NCBI GenBank assembly: GCA_964057225.1
Contig: OZ059898.1
Location: 19,344,001-19,408,000, forward strand
Origin: Auanema rhodensis
Lineage: Eukaryota > Animalia > Nematoda
Direction: 5' to 3'
Length of the DNA: 64,000 nt
The position numbers were made by a program, and so were the translations under genes. Positions 1-12,100 of this stretch are shown here, in pieces; the stretch's first letter is position 1, and every line of letters begins with the position of its first letter. The notes below the pieces were generated by a model, which was not told the DNA's origin, did no database searches, and saw only the letters and a list, made by a program, of their open reading frames with translations.

Positions 1-42
1 ATCAGATTTGCGCTAGCTTAAAAATGCACCGAGATATCAACT

Positions 43-64
43 GATATAAGTTCACACTTATATC
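43..64. other. Inverted repeat within the monomer (9-bp arms, 4-nt spacer); present in nearly every copy
   Basis: GATATAAGT-tcac-ACTTATATC; flanked by CGAG (30-33) and CTCG (65-68), which are also complementary. Confidence 0.9.
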
Positions 65-141
65 CTCGATTTTCACCCTGAAGAATTATTTTTTTCGTTG
101 AATAACATTGTCCATCGTCTTTGCCTTGAAAAAAGGAATCT

Positions 142-207
142 AAAAACATCTACTTTTTGCTAAATTATTTTGAAATTTTTCGAAAAAATTTTTGTCAAAA
201 TGTTTTT
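142..207. other. A/T-tract-rich quasi-palindromic core of the monomer
   Basis: AAAAACAT (142-149) / ATGTTTTT (200-207); TTTTGA (168-173) / TCAAAA (195-200); perfect palindromes TTTTTCGAAAAA (176-187) and AAAAATTTTT (184-193). Confidence 0.8.
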
Positions 208-214
208 GGAAGCA

Positions 215-242
215 ATGTTGAGTGAACATGGAAACTCAACAT
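215..242. other. Inverted repeat within the monomer (9-bp arms, 10-nt spacer); present in nearly every copy
   Basis: ATGTTGAGT-gaacatggaa-ACTCAACAT. Confidence 0.9.
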
Positions 243-676
243 ACACTAATGCATCATTTTTCGAACAATCATAACTAATTTTTGTATTAAGCGTTTCTCA
301 ATGTAGTATAGTGCATTTGATGCGGATTTTTAAGCTGCGTCGATCTGTGTTATCAGATTTGCGCTAACTTAAAAATGCACCGAGATATCAACTGATATAA
401 GTTCACACTTATATCCTCGATTTTCACCCTGAAGAATTAATTCTTTTGTTGAATAACATTGTCCATCGTCTTTGCCTTGAAAAAAGGAATCTAAAAACAT
501 CTACTTTTTGCTAAATTATTTTGAAATTTTTCGAAAAAATTTTTGTCAAAATGTTTTTGGAAGCAATGTTGAGTGAACATGGAAACTCAACATACACTAA
601 TGCATCATTTTTCGAACAATCATAACTAATTTTTGTATTAAGCGTTTCTCAATGTAGTATAGTGCATTTGATGCGG

Positions 677-727
677 ATTTTTAAGCTGCGTCGATCTGTG
701 TTATCAGATTTGCGCTAGCTTAAAAAT
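677..727. other. 51-bp imperfect inverted repeat spanning p326 to p25 of the next monomer (example copy)
   Basis: ATTTTTAAGCT-GCG-tcg-ATCTG-tgttat-CAGAT-ttg-CGC-t-AGCTTAAAAAT: 11+3+5 Watson-Crick pairs with one bulged T (p14). Confidence 0.9.
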
Positions 728-1053
728 GCACCGAGATATCAACTGATATAAGTTCACACTTATATCCTCGATTTTCACCCTGAAGAATTAATTTTTTTGT
801 TGAATAACATTGTCCATCGTCTTTGCCTTGAAAAAAGGAATCTAAAAACATCTACTTTTTGCTAAATTATTTTGAAATTTTTCGAAAAAATTTTTGTCAA
901 AATGTTTTTGGAAGCAATGTTGAGTGAACATGGAAACTCAACATACACTAATGCATCATTTTTCGAACAATCATAACTAATTTTTGTATTAAGCGTTTCT
1001 CAATGTAGTATAGTGCATTTGATGCGGATTTTTAAGCTGCGTCGATCTGTGTT

Positions 1054-4000
1054 ATCAGATTTGCGCTAACTTAAAAATGCACCGAGATATCAACTGATAT
1101 AAGTTCACACTTATATCCTCGATTTTCACCCTGAAGAATTAATTTTTTTGTTGAATAACATTGTCCATCGTCTTTGCCTTGAAAAAAGGAATCTAAAAAC
1201 ATCTACTTTTTGCTAAATTATTTTGAAATTTTTCGAAAAAATTTTTGTCAAAATGTTTTTGGAAGCAATGTTGAGTGAACATGGAAACTCAACATACACT
1301 AATGCATCATTTTTCGAACAATCATAACTAATTTTTGTATTAAGCGTTTCTCAATTTAGTATAGTGCATTTGATGCGGATTTTTAAGCTGCGTCGATCTG
1401 TGTTATCAGATTTGCGCTAGCTTAAAAATGCACCGAGATATCAACTGATATAAGTTCACACTTATATCCTCGATTTTCACCCTGAAGAATTAATTTTTTC
1501 GTTGAATAACATTGTCCATCGTCTTTGCCTTGAAAAAAGGAATCTAAAAACATCTACTTTTTGCTAAATTATTTTGAAATTTTTCGAAAAAATTTTTGTC
1601 AAAATGTTTTTGGAAGCAATGTTGAGTGAACATGGAAACTCAACATACACTAATGCATCATTTTTCGAACAATCATAACTAATTTTTGTATTAAGCGTTT
1701 CTCAATGTAGTATAGTGCATTTGATGCGGATTTTTAAGCTGCGTCGATCTGTGTTATCAGATTTGCGCTAGCTTAAAAATGCACCGAGATATCAACTGAT
1801 ATAAGTTCACACTTATATCCTCGATTTTCACCCTGAAGAATTAATTTTTTTGTTGAATAACATTGTCCATCGTCTTTGCCTTGAAAAAAGGAATCTAAAA
1901 ACATCTACTTTTTGCTAAATTATTTTGAAATTTTTCGAAAAAATTTTTGTCAAAATGTTTTTGGAAGCAATGTTGAGTGAACATGGAAACTCAACATACA
2001 CTAATGCATCATTTTTCGAACAATCATAACTAATTTTTGTATTAAGCGTTTCTCAATGTAGTATAGTGCATTTGATGCGGATTTTTAAGCTGCGTCGATC
2101 TGTGTTATCAGATTTGCGCTAGCTTAAAAATGCACCGAGATATCAACTGATATATGTTCACACTTATATCCTCGATTTTCACCCTGAAGAATTAATTTTT
2201 TTGTTGAATAACATTGTCCATCGTCTTTGCCTTGAAAAAAGGAATCTAAAAACATCTACTTTTTGCTAAATTATTTTGAAATTTTTCGAAAAAATTTTTG
2301 TCAAAATGTTTTTGGAAGCAATGTTGAGTGAACATGGAAACTCAACATACACTAATGCATCATTTTTCAAACGATCATAACTAATTTTTGTATTAAGCGT
2401 TTCTCAATGTAGTATAGTGCATTCGATGCGGATTTTTAAGCTGCGTCGATCTGTGTTATCAGATTTGCGCTAGCTTAAAAATGCACCGAGATATCAACTG
2501 ATATAAGTTCACACTTATATCCTCGATTTTCACCCTGAAGAATTAATTTTTTTGTTGAATAACATTGTCCATCGTCTTTGCCTTGAAAAAAGGAATCTAA
2601 AAACATCTACTTTTTGCTAAATTATTTTGAAATTTTTCGAAAAAATTTTTGTCAAAATGTTTTTGGAAGCAATGTTGAGTGAACATGGAAACTCAACATA
2701 CACTAATGCATCATTTTTCGAACAATCATAACTAATTTTTGTATTAAGCGTTTCTCAATTTAGTATAGTGCATTTGATGCGGATTTTTAAGCTGCGTCGA
2801 TCTGTGTTATCAGATTTGCGCTAGCTTAAAAATGCACCGAGATATCAACTGATATAAGTTCACACTTATATCCTCGATTTTCACCCTGAAGAATTAATTT
2901 TTTCGTTGAATAACATTGTCCATCGTCTTTGCCTTGAAAAAAGGAATCTAAAAACATCTACTTTTTGCTAAATTATTTTGAAATTTTTCGAAAAAATTTT
3001 TGTCAAAATGTTTTTGGAAGCAATGTTGAGTGAACATGGAAACTCAACATACACTAATGCATCATTTTTCGAACAATCATAACTAATTTTTGTATTAAGC
3101 GTTTCTCAATGTAGTATAGTGCATTTGATGCGGATTTTTAAGCTGCGTCGATCTGTGTTATCAGATTTGCGCTAGCTTAAAAATGCACCGAGATATCAAC
3201 TGATATAAGTTCACACTTATATCCTCGATTTTCACCCTGAAGAATTAATTTTTTTGTTGAATAACATTGTCCATCGTCTTTGCCTTGAAAAAAGGAATCT
3301 AAAAACATCTACTTTTTGCTAAATTATTTTGAAATTTTTCGAAAAAATTTTTGTCAAAATGTTTTTGGAAGCAATGTTGAGTGAACATGGAAACTCAACA
3401 TACACTAATGCATCATTTTTCGAACAATCATAACTAATTTTTGTATTAAGCGTTTCTCAATGTAGTATAGTGCATTTGATGCGGATTTTTAAGCTGCGTC
3501 GATCTGTGTTATCAGATTTGCGCTAACTTAAAAATGCACCGAGATATCAACTGATATAAGTTCACACTTATATCCTCGATTTTCACCCTGAAGAATTAAT
3601 TTTTTTGTTGAATAACATTGTCCATCGTCTTTGCCTTGAAAAAAGGAATCTAAAAACATCTACTTTTTGCTAAATTATTTTGAAATTTTTCGAAAAAATT
3701 TTTGTCAAAATGTTTTTGGAAGCAATGTTGAGTGAACATGGAAACTCAACATACACTAATGCATCATTTTTCGAACAATCATAACTAATTTTTGTATTAA
3801 GCGTTTCTCAATTTAGTATAGTGCATTTGATGCGGATTTTTAAGCTGCGTCGATCTGTGTTATCAGATTTGCGCTAGCTTAAAAATGCACCGAGATATCA
3901 ACTGATATAAGTTCACACTTATATCCTCGATTTTCACCCTGAAGAATTAATTTTTTCGTTGAATAACATTGTCCATCGTCTTTGCCTTGAAAAAAGGAAT

Positions 4001-5967
4001 CTAAAAACATCTACTTTTTGCTAAATTATTTTGAAATTTTTCGAAAAAATTTTTGTCAAAATGTTTTTGGAAGCAATGTTGAGTGAACATGGAAACTCAA
4101 CATACACTAATGCATCATTTTTCGAACAATCATAACTAATTTTTGTATTAAGCGTTTCTCAATGTAGTATAGTGCATTTGATGCGGATTTTTAAGCTGCG
4201 TCGATCTGTGTTATCAGATTTGCGCTAGCTTAAAAATGCACCGAGATATCAACTGATATAAGTTCACACTTATATCCTCGATTTTCACCCTGAAGAATTA
4301 ATTTTTTTGTTGAATAACATTGTCCATCGTCTTTGCCTTGAAAAAAGGAATCTAAAAACATCTACTTTTTGCTAAATTATTTTGAAATTTTTCGAAAAAA
4401 TTTTTGTCAAAATGTTTTTGGAAGCAATGTTGAGTGAACATGGAAACTCAACATACACTAATGCATCATTTTTCGAACAATCATAACTAATTTTTGTATT
4501 AAGCGTTTCTCAATGTAGTATAGTGCATTTGATGCGGATTTTTAAGCTGCGTCGATCTGTGTTATCAGATTTGCGCTAGCTTAAAAATGCACCGAGATAT
4601 CAACTGATATATGTTCACACTTATATCCTCGATTTTCACCCTGAAGAATTAATTTTTTTGTTGAATAACATTGTCCATCGTCTTTGCCTTGAAAAAAGGA
4701 ATCTAAAAACATCTACTTTTTGCTAAATTATTTTGAAATTTTTCGAAAAAATTTTTGTCAAAATGTTTTTGGAAGCAATGTTGAGTGAACATGGAAACTC
4801 AACATACACTAATGCATCATTTTTCAAACGATCATAACTAATTTTTGTATTAAGCGTTTCTCAATGTAGTATAGTGCATTCGATGCGGATTTTTAAGCTG
4901 CGTCGATCTGTGTTATCAGATTTGCGCTAGCTTAAAAATGCACCGAGATATCAACTGATATAAGTTCACACTTATATCCTCGATTTTCACCCTGAAGAAT
5001 TAATTTTTTTGTTGAATAACATTGTCCATCGTCTTTGCCTTGAAAAAAGGAATCTAAAAACATCTACTTTTTGCTAAATTATTTTGAAATTTTTCGAAAA
5101 AATTTTTGTCAAAATGTTTTTGGAAGCAATGTTGAGTGAACATGGAAACTCAACATACACTAATGCATCATTTTTCGAACAATCATAACTAATTTTTGTA
5201 TTAAGCGTTTCTCAATTTAGTATAGTGCATTTGATGCGGATTTTTAAGCTGCGTCGATCTGTGTTATCAGATTTGCGCTAGCTTAAAAATGCACCGAGAT
5301 ATCAACTGATATAAGTTCACACTTATATCCTCGATTTTCACCCTGAAGAATTAATTTTTTCGTTGAATAACATTGTCCATCGTCTTTGCCTTGAAAAAAG
5401 GAATCTAAAAACATCTACTTTTTGCTAAATTATTTTGAAATTTTTCGAAAAAATTTTTGTCAAAATGTTTTTGGAAGCAATGTTGAGTGAACATGGAAAC
5501 TCAACATACACTAATGCATCATTTTTCGAACAATCATAACTAATTTTTGTATTAAGCGTTTCTCAATGTAGTATAGTGCATTTGATGCGGATTTTTAAGC
5601 TGCGTCGATCTGTGTTATCAGATTTGCGCTAGCTTAAAAATGCACCGAGATATCAACTGATATAAGTTCACACTTATATCCTCGATTTTCACCCTGAAGA
5701 ATTAATTTTTTTGTTGAATAACATTGTCCATCGTCTTTGCCTTGAAAAAAGGAATCTAAAAACATCTACTTTTTGCTAAATTATTTTGAAATTTTTCGAA
5801 AAAATTTTTGTCAAAATGTTTTTGGAAGCAATGTTGAGTGAACATGGAAACTCAACATACACTAATGCATCATTTTTCGAACAATCATAACTAATTTTTG
5901 TATTAAGCGTTTCTCAATGTAGTATAGTGCATTTGATGCGGATTTTTAAGCTGCGTCGATCTGTGTT
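1054..5967. repeat. Tandem duplication of a 7-monomer (2457-bp) unit, M4-10 = M11-17
   Basis: p49T at 2155 and 4612; p303T at 1356/3813 and 2760/5217; p16A in M4 and M11; all offsets are 2457. Confidence 0.92.
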
Positions 5968-6056
5968 ATCAGATTTGCGCTAGCTTAAAAATGCACCGAG
6001 ATATCAACTGATATAAGTTCACACTTATATCCTCGATTTTCACCCTGAAGAATTAA

Positions 6057-9000
6057 TTTTTTTGTTGAATAACATTGTCCATCGTCTTTGCCTTGAAAAA
6101 AGGAATCTAAAAACATCTACTTTTTGCTAAATTATTTTGAAATTTTTCGAAAAAATTTTTGTCAAAATGTTTTTGGAAGCAATGTTGAGTGAACATGGAA
6201 ACTCAACATACACTAATGCATCATTTTTCAAACGATCATAACTAATTTTTGTATTAAGCGTTTCTCAATGTAGTATAGTGCACTCGATGCGGATTTTTAA
6301 GCTGCGTCGATCTGTGTTATCAGATTTGCGCTAGCTTAAAAATGCACCGAGATATCAACTGATATAAGTTCACACTTATATCCTCGATTTTCACCCTGAA
6401 GAATTAATTTTTTCGTTGAATAACATTGTCCATCGTCTTTGCCTTGAAAAAAGGAATCTAAAAACATCTACTTTTTGCTAAATTATTTTGAAATTTTTCG
6501 AAAAAATTTTTGTCAAAATGTTTTTGGAAGCAATGTTGAGTGTACATGGAAACTCAACATACACTAATGCATCATTTTTCAAACGATCATAACTAATTTT
6601 TGTATTAAGCGTTTCTCAATGTAGTATAGTGCATTCGATGCGGATTTTTAAGCTGCGTCGATCTGTGTTATCAGATTTGCGCTAGCTTAAAAATGCACCG
6701 AGATATCAACTGATATAAGTTCACACTTATATCCTCGATTTTCACCCTGAAGAATTATTTTTTTCGTTGAATAACATTGTCCATCGTCTTTGCCTTGAAA
6801 AAAGGAATCTAAAAACATCTACTTTTTGCTAAATTATTTTGAAATTTTTCGAAAAAATTTTTGTCAAAATGTTTTTGGAAGCAATGTTGAGTGAACATGG
6901 AAACTCAACATACACTAATGCATCATTTTTCAAACGATCATAACTAATTTTTGTATTAAGCGTTTCTCATTGTAGTATAGTGCATTCGATGCGGATTTTT
7001 AAGCTGCATCGATCTGTGTTATCAGATTTGCGCTAGCTTAAAAATGCACCGAGATATCAACTGATATAAGTTCACACTTATATCCTCGATTTTCACCCTG
7101 AAGAATTAATTTTTTCGTTGAATAACATTGTCCATCGTCTTTGCCTTGAAAAAAGGAATCTAAAAACATCTACTTTTTGCTAAATTATTTTGAAATTTTT
7201 CGAAAAAATTTTTGTCAAAATGTTTTTGGAAGCAATGTTGAGTGAACATGGAAACTCAACATACACTAATGCATCATTTTTCGAACAATCATAACTAATT
7301 TTTGTATTAAGCGTTTCTCAATGTAGTATAGTGCATTTGATGCGGATTTTTAAGCTGCGTCGATCTGTGTTATCAGATTTGCGCTAGCTTAAAAATGCAC
7401 CGAGATATCAACTGATATAAGTTCACACTTATATCCTCGATTTTCACCCTGAAGAATTATTTTTTTTGTTGAATAACATTGTCCATCGTCTTTGCCTTGA
7501 AAAAAGGAATCTAAAAACATCTACTTTTTGCTAAATTATTTTGAAATTTTTCGAAAAAATTTTTGTCAAAATGTTTTTGGAAGCAATGTTGAGTGAACAT
7601 GGAAACTCAACATACACTAATGCATCATTTTTCAAACGATCATAACTAATTTTTGTATTAAGCGTTTCTCAATGTAGTATAGTGCACTCGATGCGGATTT
7701 TTAAGCTGCGTCGATCTGTGTTATCAGATTTGCGCTAGCTTAAAAATGCACCGAGATATCAACTGATATAAGTTCACACTTATATCCTCGATTTTCACCC
7801 TGAAGAATTAATTTTTTCGTTGAATAACATTGTCCATCGTCTTTGCCTTGAAAAAAGGAATCTAAAAACATCTACTTTTTGCTAAATTATTTTGAAATTT
7901 TTCGAAAAAATTTTTGTCAAAATGTTTTTGGAAGCAATGTTGAGTGTACATGGAAACTCAACATACACTAATGCATCATTTTTCAAACGATCATAACTAA
8001 TTTTTGTATTAAGCGTTTCTCAATGTAGTATAGTGCATTCGATGCGGATTTTTAAGCTGCGTCGATCTGTGTTATCAGATTTGCGCTAGCTTAAAAATGC
8101 ACCGAGATATCAACTGATATAAGTTCACACTTATATCCTCGATTTTCACCCTGAAGAATTATTTTTTTCGTTGAATAACATTGTCCATCGTCTTTGCCTT
8201 GAAAAAAGGAATCTAAAAACATCTACTTTTTGCTAAATTATTTTGAAATTTTTCGAAAAAATTTTTGTCAAAATGTTTTTGGAAGCAATGTTGAGTGAAC
8301 ATGGAAACTCAACATACACTAATGCATCATTTTTCAAACGATCATAACTAATTTTTGTATTAAGCGTTTCTCATTGTAGTATAGTGCATTCGATGCGGAT
8401 TTTTAAGCTGCATCGATCTGTGTTATCAGATTTGCGCTAGCTTAAAAATGCACCGAGATATCAACTGATATAAGTTCACACTTATATCCTCGATTTTCAC
8501 CCTGAAGAATTAATTTTTTCGTTGAATAACATTGTCCATCGTCTTTGCCTTGAAAAAAGGAATCTAAAAACATCTACTTTTTGCTAAATTATTTTGAAAT
8601 TTTTCGAAAAAATTTTTGTCAAAATGTTTTTGGAAGCAATGTTGAGTGAACATGGAAACTCAACATACACTAATGCATCATTTTTCGAACAATCATAACT
8701 AATTTTTGTATTAAGCGTTTCTCAATGTAGTATAGTGCATTTGATGCGGATTTTTAAGCTGCGTCGATCTGTGTTATCAGATTTGCGCTAGCTTAAAAAT
8801 GCACCGAGATATCAACTGATATAAGTTCACACTTATATCCTCGATTTTCACCCTGAAGAATTATTTTTTTTGTTGAATAACATTGTCCATCGTCTTTGCC
8901 TTGAAAAAAGGAATCTAAAAACATCTACTTTTTGCTAAATTATTTTGAAATTTTTCGAAAAAATTTTTGTCAAAATGTTTTTGGAAGCAATGTTGAGTGA

Positions 9001-9090
9001 ACATGGAAACTCAACATACACTAATGCATCATTTTTCAAACGATCATAACTAATTTTTGTATTAAGCGTTTCTCAATGTAGTATAGTGCA
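6057..9090. repeat. Tandem duplication of a 4-monomer (1404-bp) unit with mid-monomer boundaries (M18-M26)
   Basis: p316C at 6283 and 7687; p301T+p339A in M20 and M24 (7008, 8412); p225T in M19 and M23. Confidence 0.9.
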
Positions 9091-9126
9091 TTCGATGCGG
9101 ATTTTTAAGCTGCGTCGATCTGTGTT

Positions 9127-12100
9127 ATCAGATTTGCGCTAGCTTAAAAATGCACCGAGATATCAACTGATATAAGTTCACACTTATATCCTCGATTTTC
9201 ACCCTGAAGAATTATTTTTTTCGTTGAATAACATTGTCCATCGTCTTTGCCTTGAAAAAAGGAATCTAAAAACATCTACTTTTTGCTAAATTATTTTGAA
9301 ATTTTTCGAAAAAATTTTTGTCAAAATGTTTTTGGAAGCAATGTTGAGTGAACATGGAAACTCAACATACACTAATGCATCATTTTTCGAACAATCATAA
9401 CTAATTTTTGTATTAAGCGTTTCTCAATGTAGTATAGTGCATTTGATGCGGATTTTTAAGCTGCGTCGATCTGTGTTATCAGATTTGCGCTAGCTTAAAA
9501 ATGCACCGAGATATCAACTGATATAAGTTCACACTTATATCCTCGATTTTCACCCTGAAGAATTAATTTTTTCGTTGAATAACATTGTCCATCGTCTTTG
9601 CCTTGAAAAAAGGAATCTAAAAACATCTACTTTTTGCTAAATTATTTTGAAATTTTTCGAAAAAATTTTTGTCAAAATGTTTTTGGAAGCAATGTTGAGT
9701 GAACATGGAAACTCAACATACACTAATGCATCATTTTTCGAACAATCATAACTAATTTTTGTATTAAGCGTTTCTCAATGTAGTATAGTGCATTTGATGC
9801 GGATTTTTAAGCTGCGTCGATCTGTGTTATCAGATTTGCGCTAACTTAAAAATGCACCGAGATATCAACTGATATAAGTTCACACTTATATCCTCGATTT
9901 TCACCCTGAAGAATTAATTTTTTTGTTGAATAACATTGTCCATCGTCTTTGCCTTGAAAAAAGGAATCTAAAAACATCTACTTTTTGCTAAATTATTTTG
10001 AAATTTTTCGAAAAAATTTTTGTCAAAATGTTTTTGGAAGCAATGTTGAGTGAACATGGAAACTCAACATACACTAATGCATCATTTTTCGAACAATCAT
10101 AACTAATTTTTGTATTAAGCGTTTCTCAATGTAGTATAGTGCATTTGATGCGGATTTTTAAGCTGCGTCGATCTGTGTTATCAGATTTGCGCTAGCTTAA
10201 AAATGCACCGAGATATCAACTGATATAAGTTCACACTTATATCCTCGATTTTCACCCTGAAGAATTAATTTTTTTGTTGAATAACATTGTCCATCGTCTT
10301 TGCCTTGAAAAAAGGAATCTAAAAACATCTACTTTTTGCTAAATTATTTTGAAATTTTTCGAAAAAATTTTTGTCAAAATGTTTTTGGAAGCAATGTTGA
10401 GTGAACATGGAAACTCAACATACACTAATGCATCATTTTTCGAACAATCATAACTAATTTTTGTATTAAGCGTTTCTCAATGTAGTATAGTGCATTTGAT
10501 GCGGATTTTTAAGCTGCGTCGATCTGTGTTATCAGATTTGCGCTAGCTTAAAAATGCACCGAGATATCAACTGATATAAGTTCACACTTATATCCTCGAT
10601 TTTCACCCTGAAGAATTAATTTTTTTGTTGAATAACATTGTCCATCGTCTTTGCCTTGAAAAAAGGAATCTAAAAACATCTACTTTTTGCTAAATTATTT
10701 TGAAATTTTTCGAAAAAATTTTTGTCAAAATGTTTTTGGAAGCAATGTTGAGTGAACATGGAAACTCAACATACACTAATGCATCATTTTTCGAACAATC
10801 ATAACTAATTTTTGTATTAAGCGTTTCTCAATGTAGTATAGTGCATTTGATGCGGATTTTTAAGCTGCGTCGATCTGTGTTATCAGATTTGCGCTAGCTT
10901 AAAAATGCACCGAGATATCAACTGATATAAGTTCACACTTATATCCTCGATTTTCACCCTGAAGAATTAATTTTTTTGTTGAATAACATTGTCCATCGTC
11001 TTTGCCTTGAAAAAAGGAATCTAAAAACATCTACTTTTTGCTAAATTATTTTGAAATTTTTCGAAAAAATTTTTGTCAAAATGTTTTTGGAAGCAATGTT
11101 GAGTGAACATGGAAACTCAACATACACTAATGCATCATTTTTCAAACGATCATAACTAATTTTTGTATTAAGCGTTTCTCAATGTAGTATAGTGCATTCG
11201 ATGCGGATTTTTAAGCTGCGTCGATCTGTGTTATCAGATTTGCGCTAGCTTAAAAATGCACCGAGATATCAACTGATATAAGTTCACACTTATATCCTCG
11301 ATTTTCACCCTGAAGAATTAATTTTTTCGTTGAATAACATTGTCCATCGTCTTTGCCTTGAAAAAAGGAATCTAAAAACATCTACTTTTTGCTAAATTAT
11401 TTTGAAATTTTTCGAAAAAATTTTTGTCAAAATGTTTTTGGAAGCAATGTTGAGTGTACATGGAAACTCAACATACACTAATGCATCATTTTTCAAACGA
11501 TCATAACTAATTTTTGTATTAAGCGTTTCTCAATGTAGTATAGTGCATTCGATGCGGATTTTTAAGCTGCGTCGATCTGTGTTATCAGATTTGCGCTAGC
11601 TTAAAAATGCACCGAGATATCAACTGATATAAGTTCACACTTATATCCTCGATTTTCACCCTGAAGAATTATTTTTTTCGTTGAATAACATTGTCCATTG
11701 TCTTTGCCTTGAAAAAAGGAATCTAAAAACATCTACTTTTTGCTAAATTATTTTGAAATTTTTCGAAAAAATTTTTGTCAAAATGTTTTTGGAAGCAATG
11801 TTGAGTGAACATGGAAACTCAACATACACTAATGCATCATTTTTCGAACAATCATAACTAATTTTTGTATTAAGCGTTTCTCAATGTAGTATAGTGCATT
11901 TGATGCGGATTTTTAAGCTGCGTCGATCTGTGTTATCAGATTTGCGCTAGCTTAAAAATGCACCGAGATATCAACTGATATAAGTTCACACTTATATCCT
12001 CGATTTTCACCCTGAAGAATTAATTTTTTCGTTGAATAACATTGTCCATCGTCTTTGCCTTGAAAAAAGGAATCTAAAAACATCTACTTTTTGCTAAATT

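Noticed and set aside
93-109. CENP-B-box-like TTCGTTGAA
   Set aside because: It matches only the 5' half of NTTCGNNNNANNCGGGN. The essential CGGG is absent (ACAT), and p96 is frequently T.
78-165. Possible satellite-encoded hammerhead ribozyme: CTGAAGA (CUGANGA) at 78-84, GAAA at 128-131, AAAAG/CTTTT as a possible stem III
   Set aside because: Hammerheads are known in newt, schistosome and cave-cricket satellites, but here stem II and stem I cannot be formed convincingly. The minus-strand candidate reads CUGAUAA. An Infernal cmsearch of a dimer with Rfam hammerhead models would settle it.
43-242. Purifying selection on hairpin stems (the common p225 variant lies in a loop, p14 in a bulge)
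   Set aside because: Recurrent variants also hit stem positions (p3, p16, p49, p59, p64, p331, p339) and no compensatory pairs were seen, so stem conservation is not supported.
88-343. About 80-85-bp subrepeat suggested by TTTTTCG at p91, p176 and p257
   Set aside because: The spacing is irregular, a fourth copy is missing and the flanks do not align. This is expected by chance in T-rich sequence.
1-351. Tandem 5S rRNA, tRNA, snRNA or spliced-leader gene unit
   Set aside because: No recognisable 5S, tRNA cloverleaf, Pol III A/B box arrangement or known snRNA/SL sequence was seen on either strand by eye. An Rfam scan was not run.
694-720. Helitron-like 3' end (hairpin followed by CTAG)
   Set aside because: The CTAG lies inside the longer dyad and is followed by C rather than T, and the preceding hairpin is not GC-rich. 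The support is insufficient.
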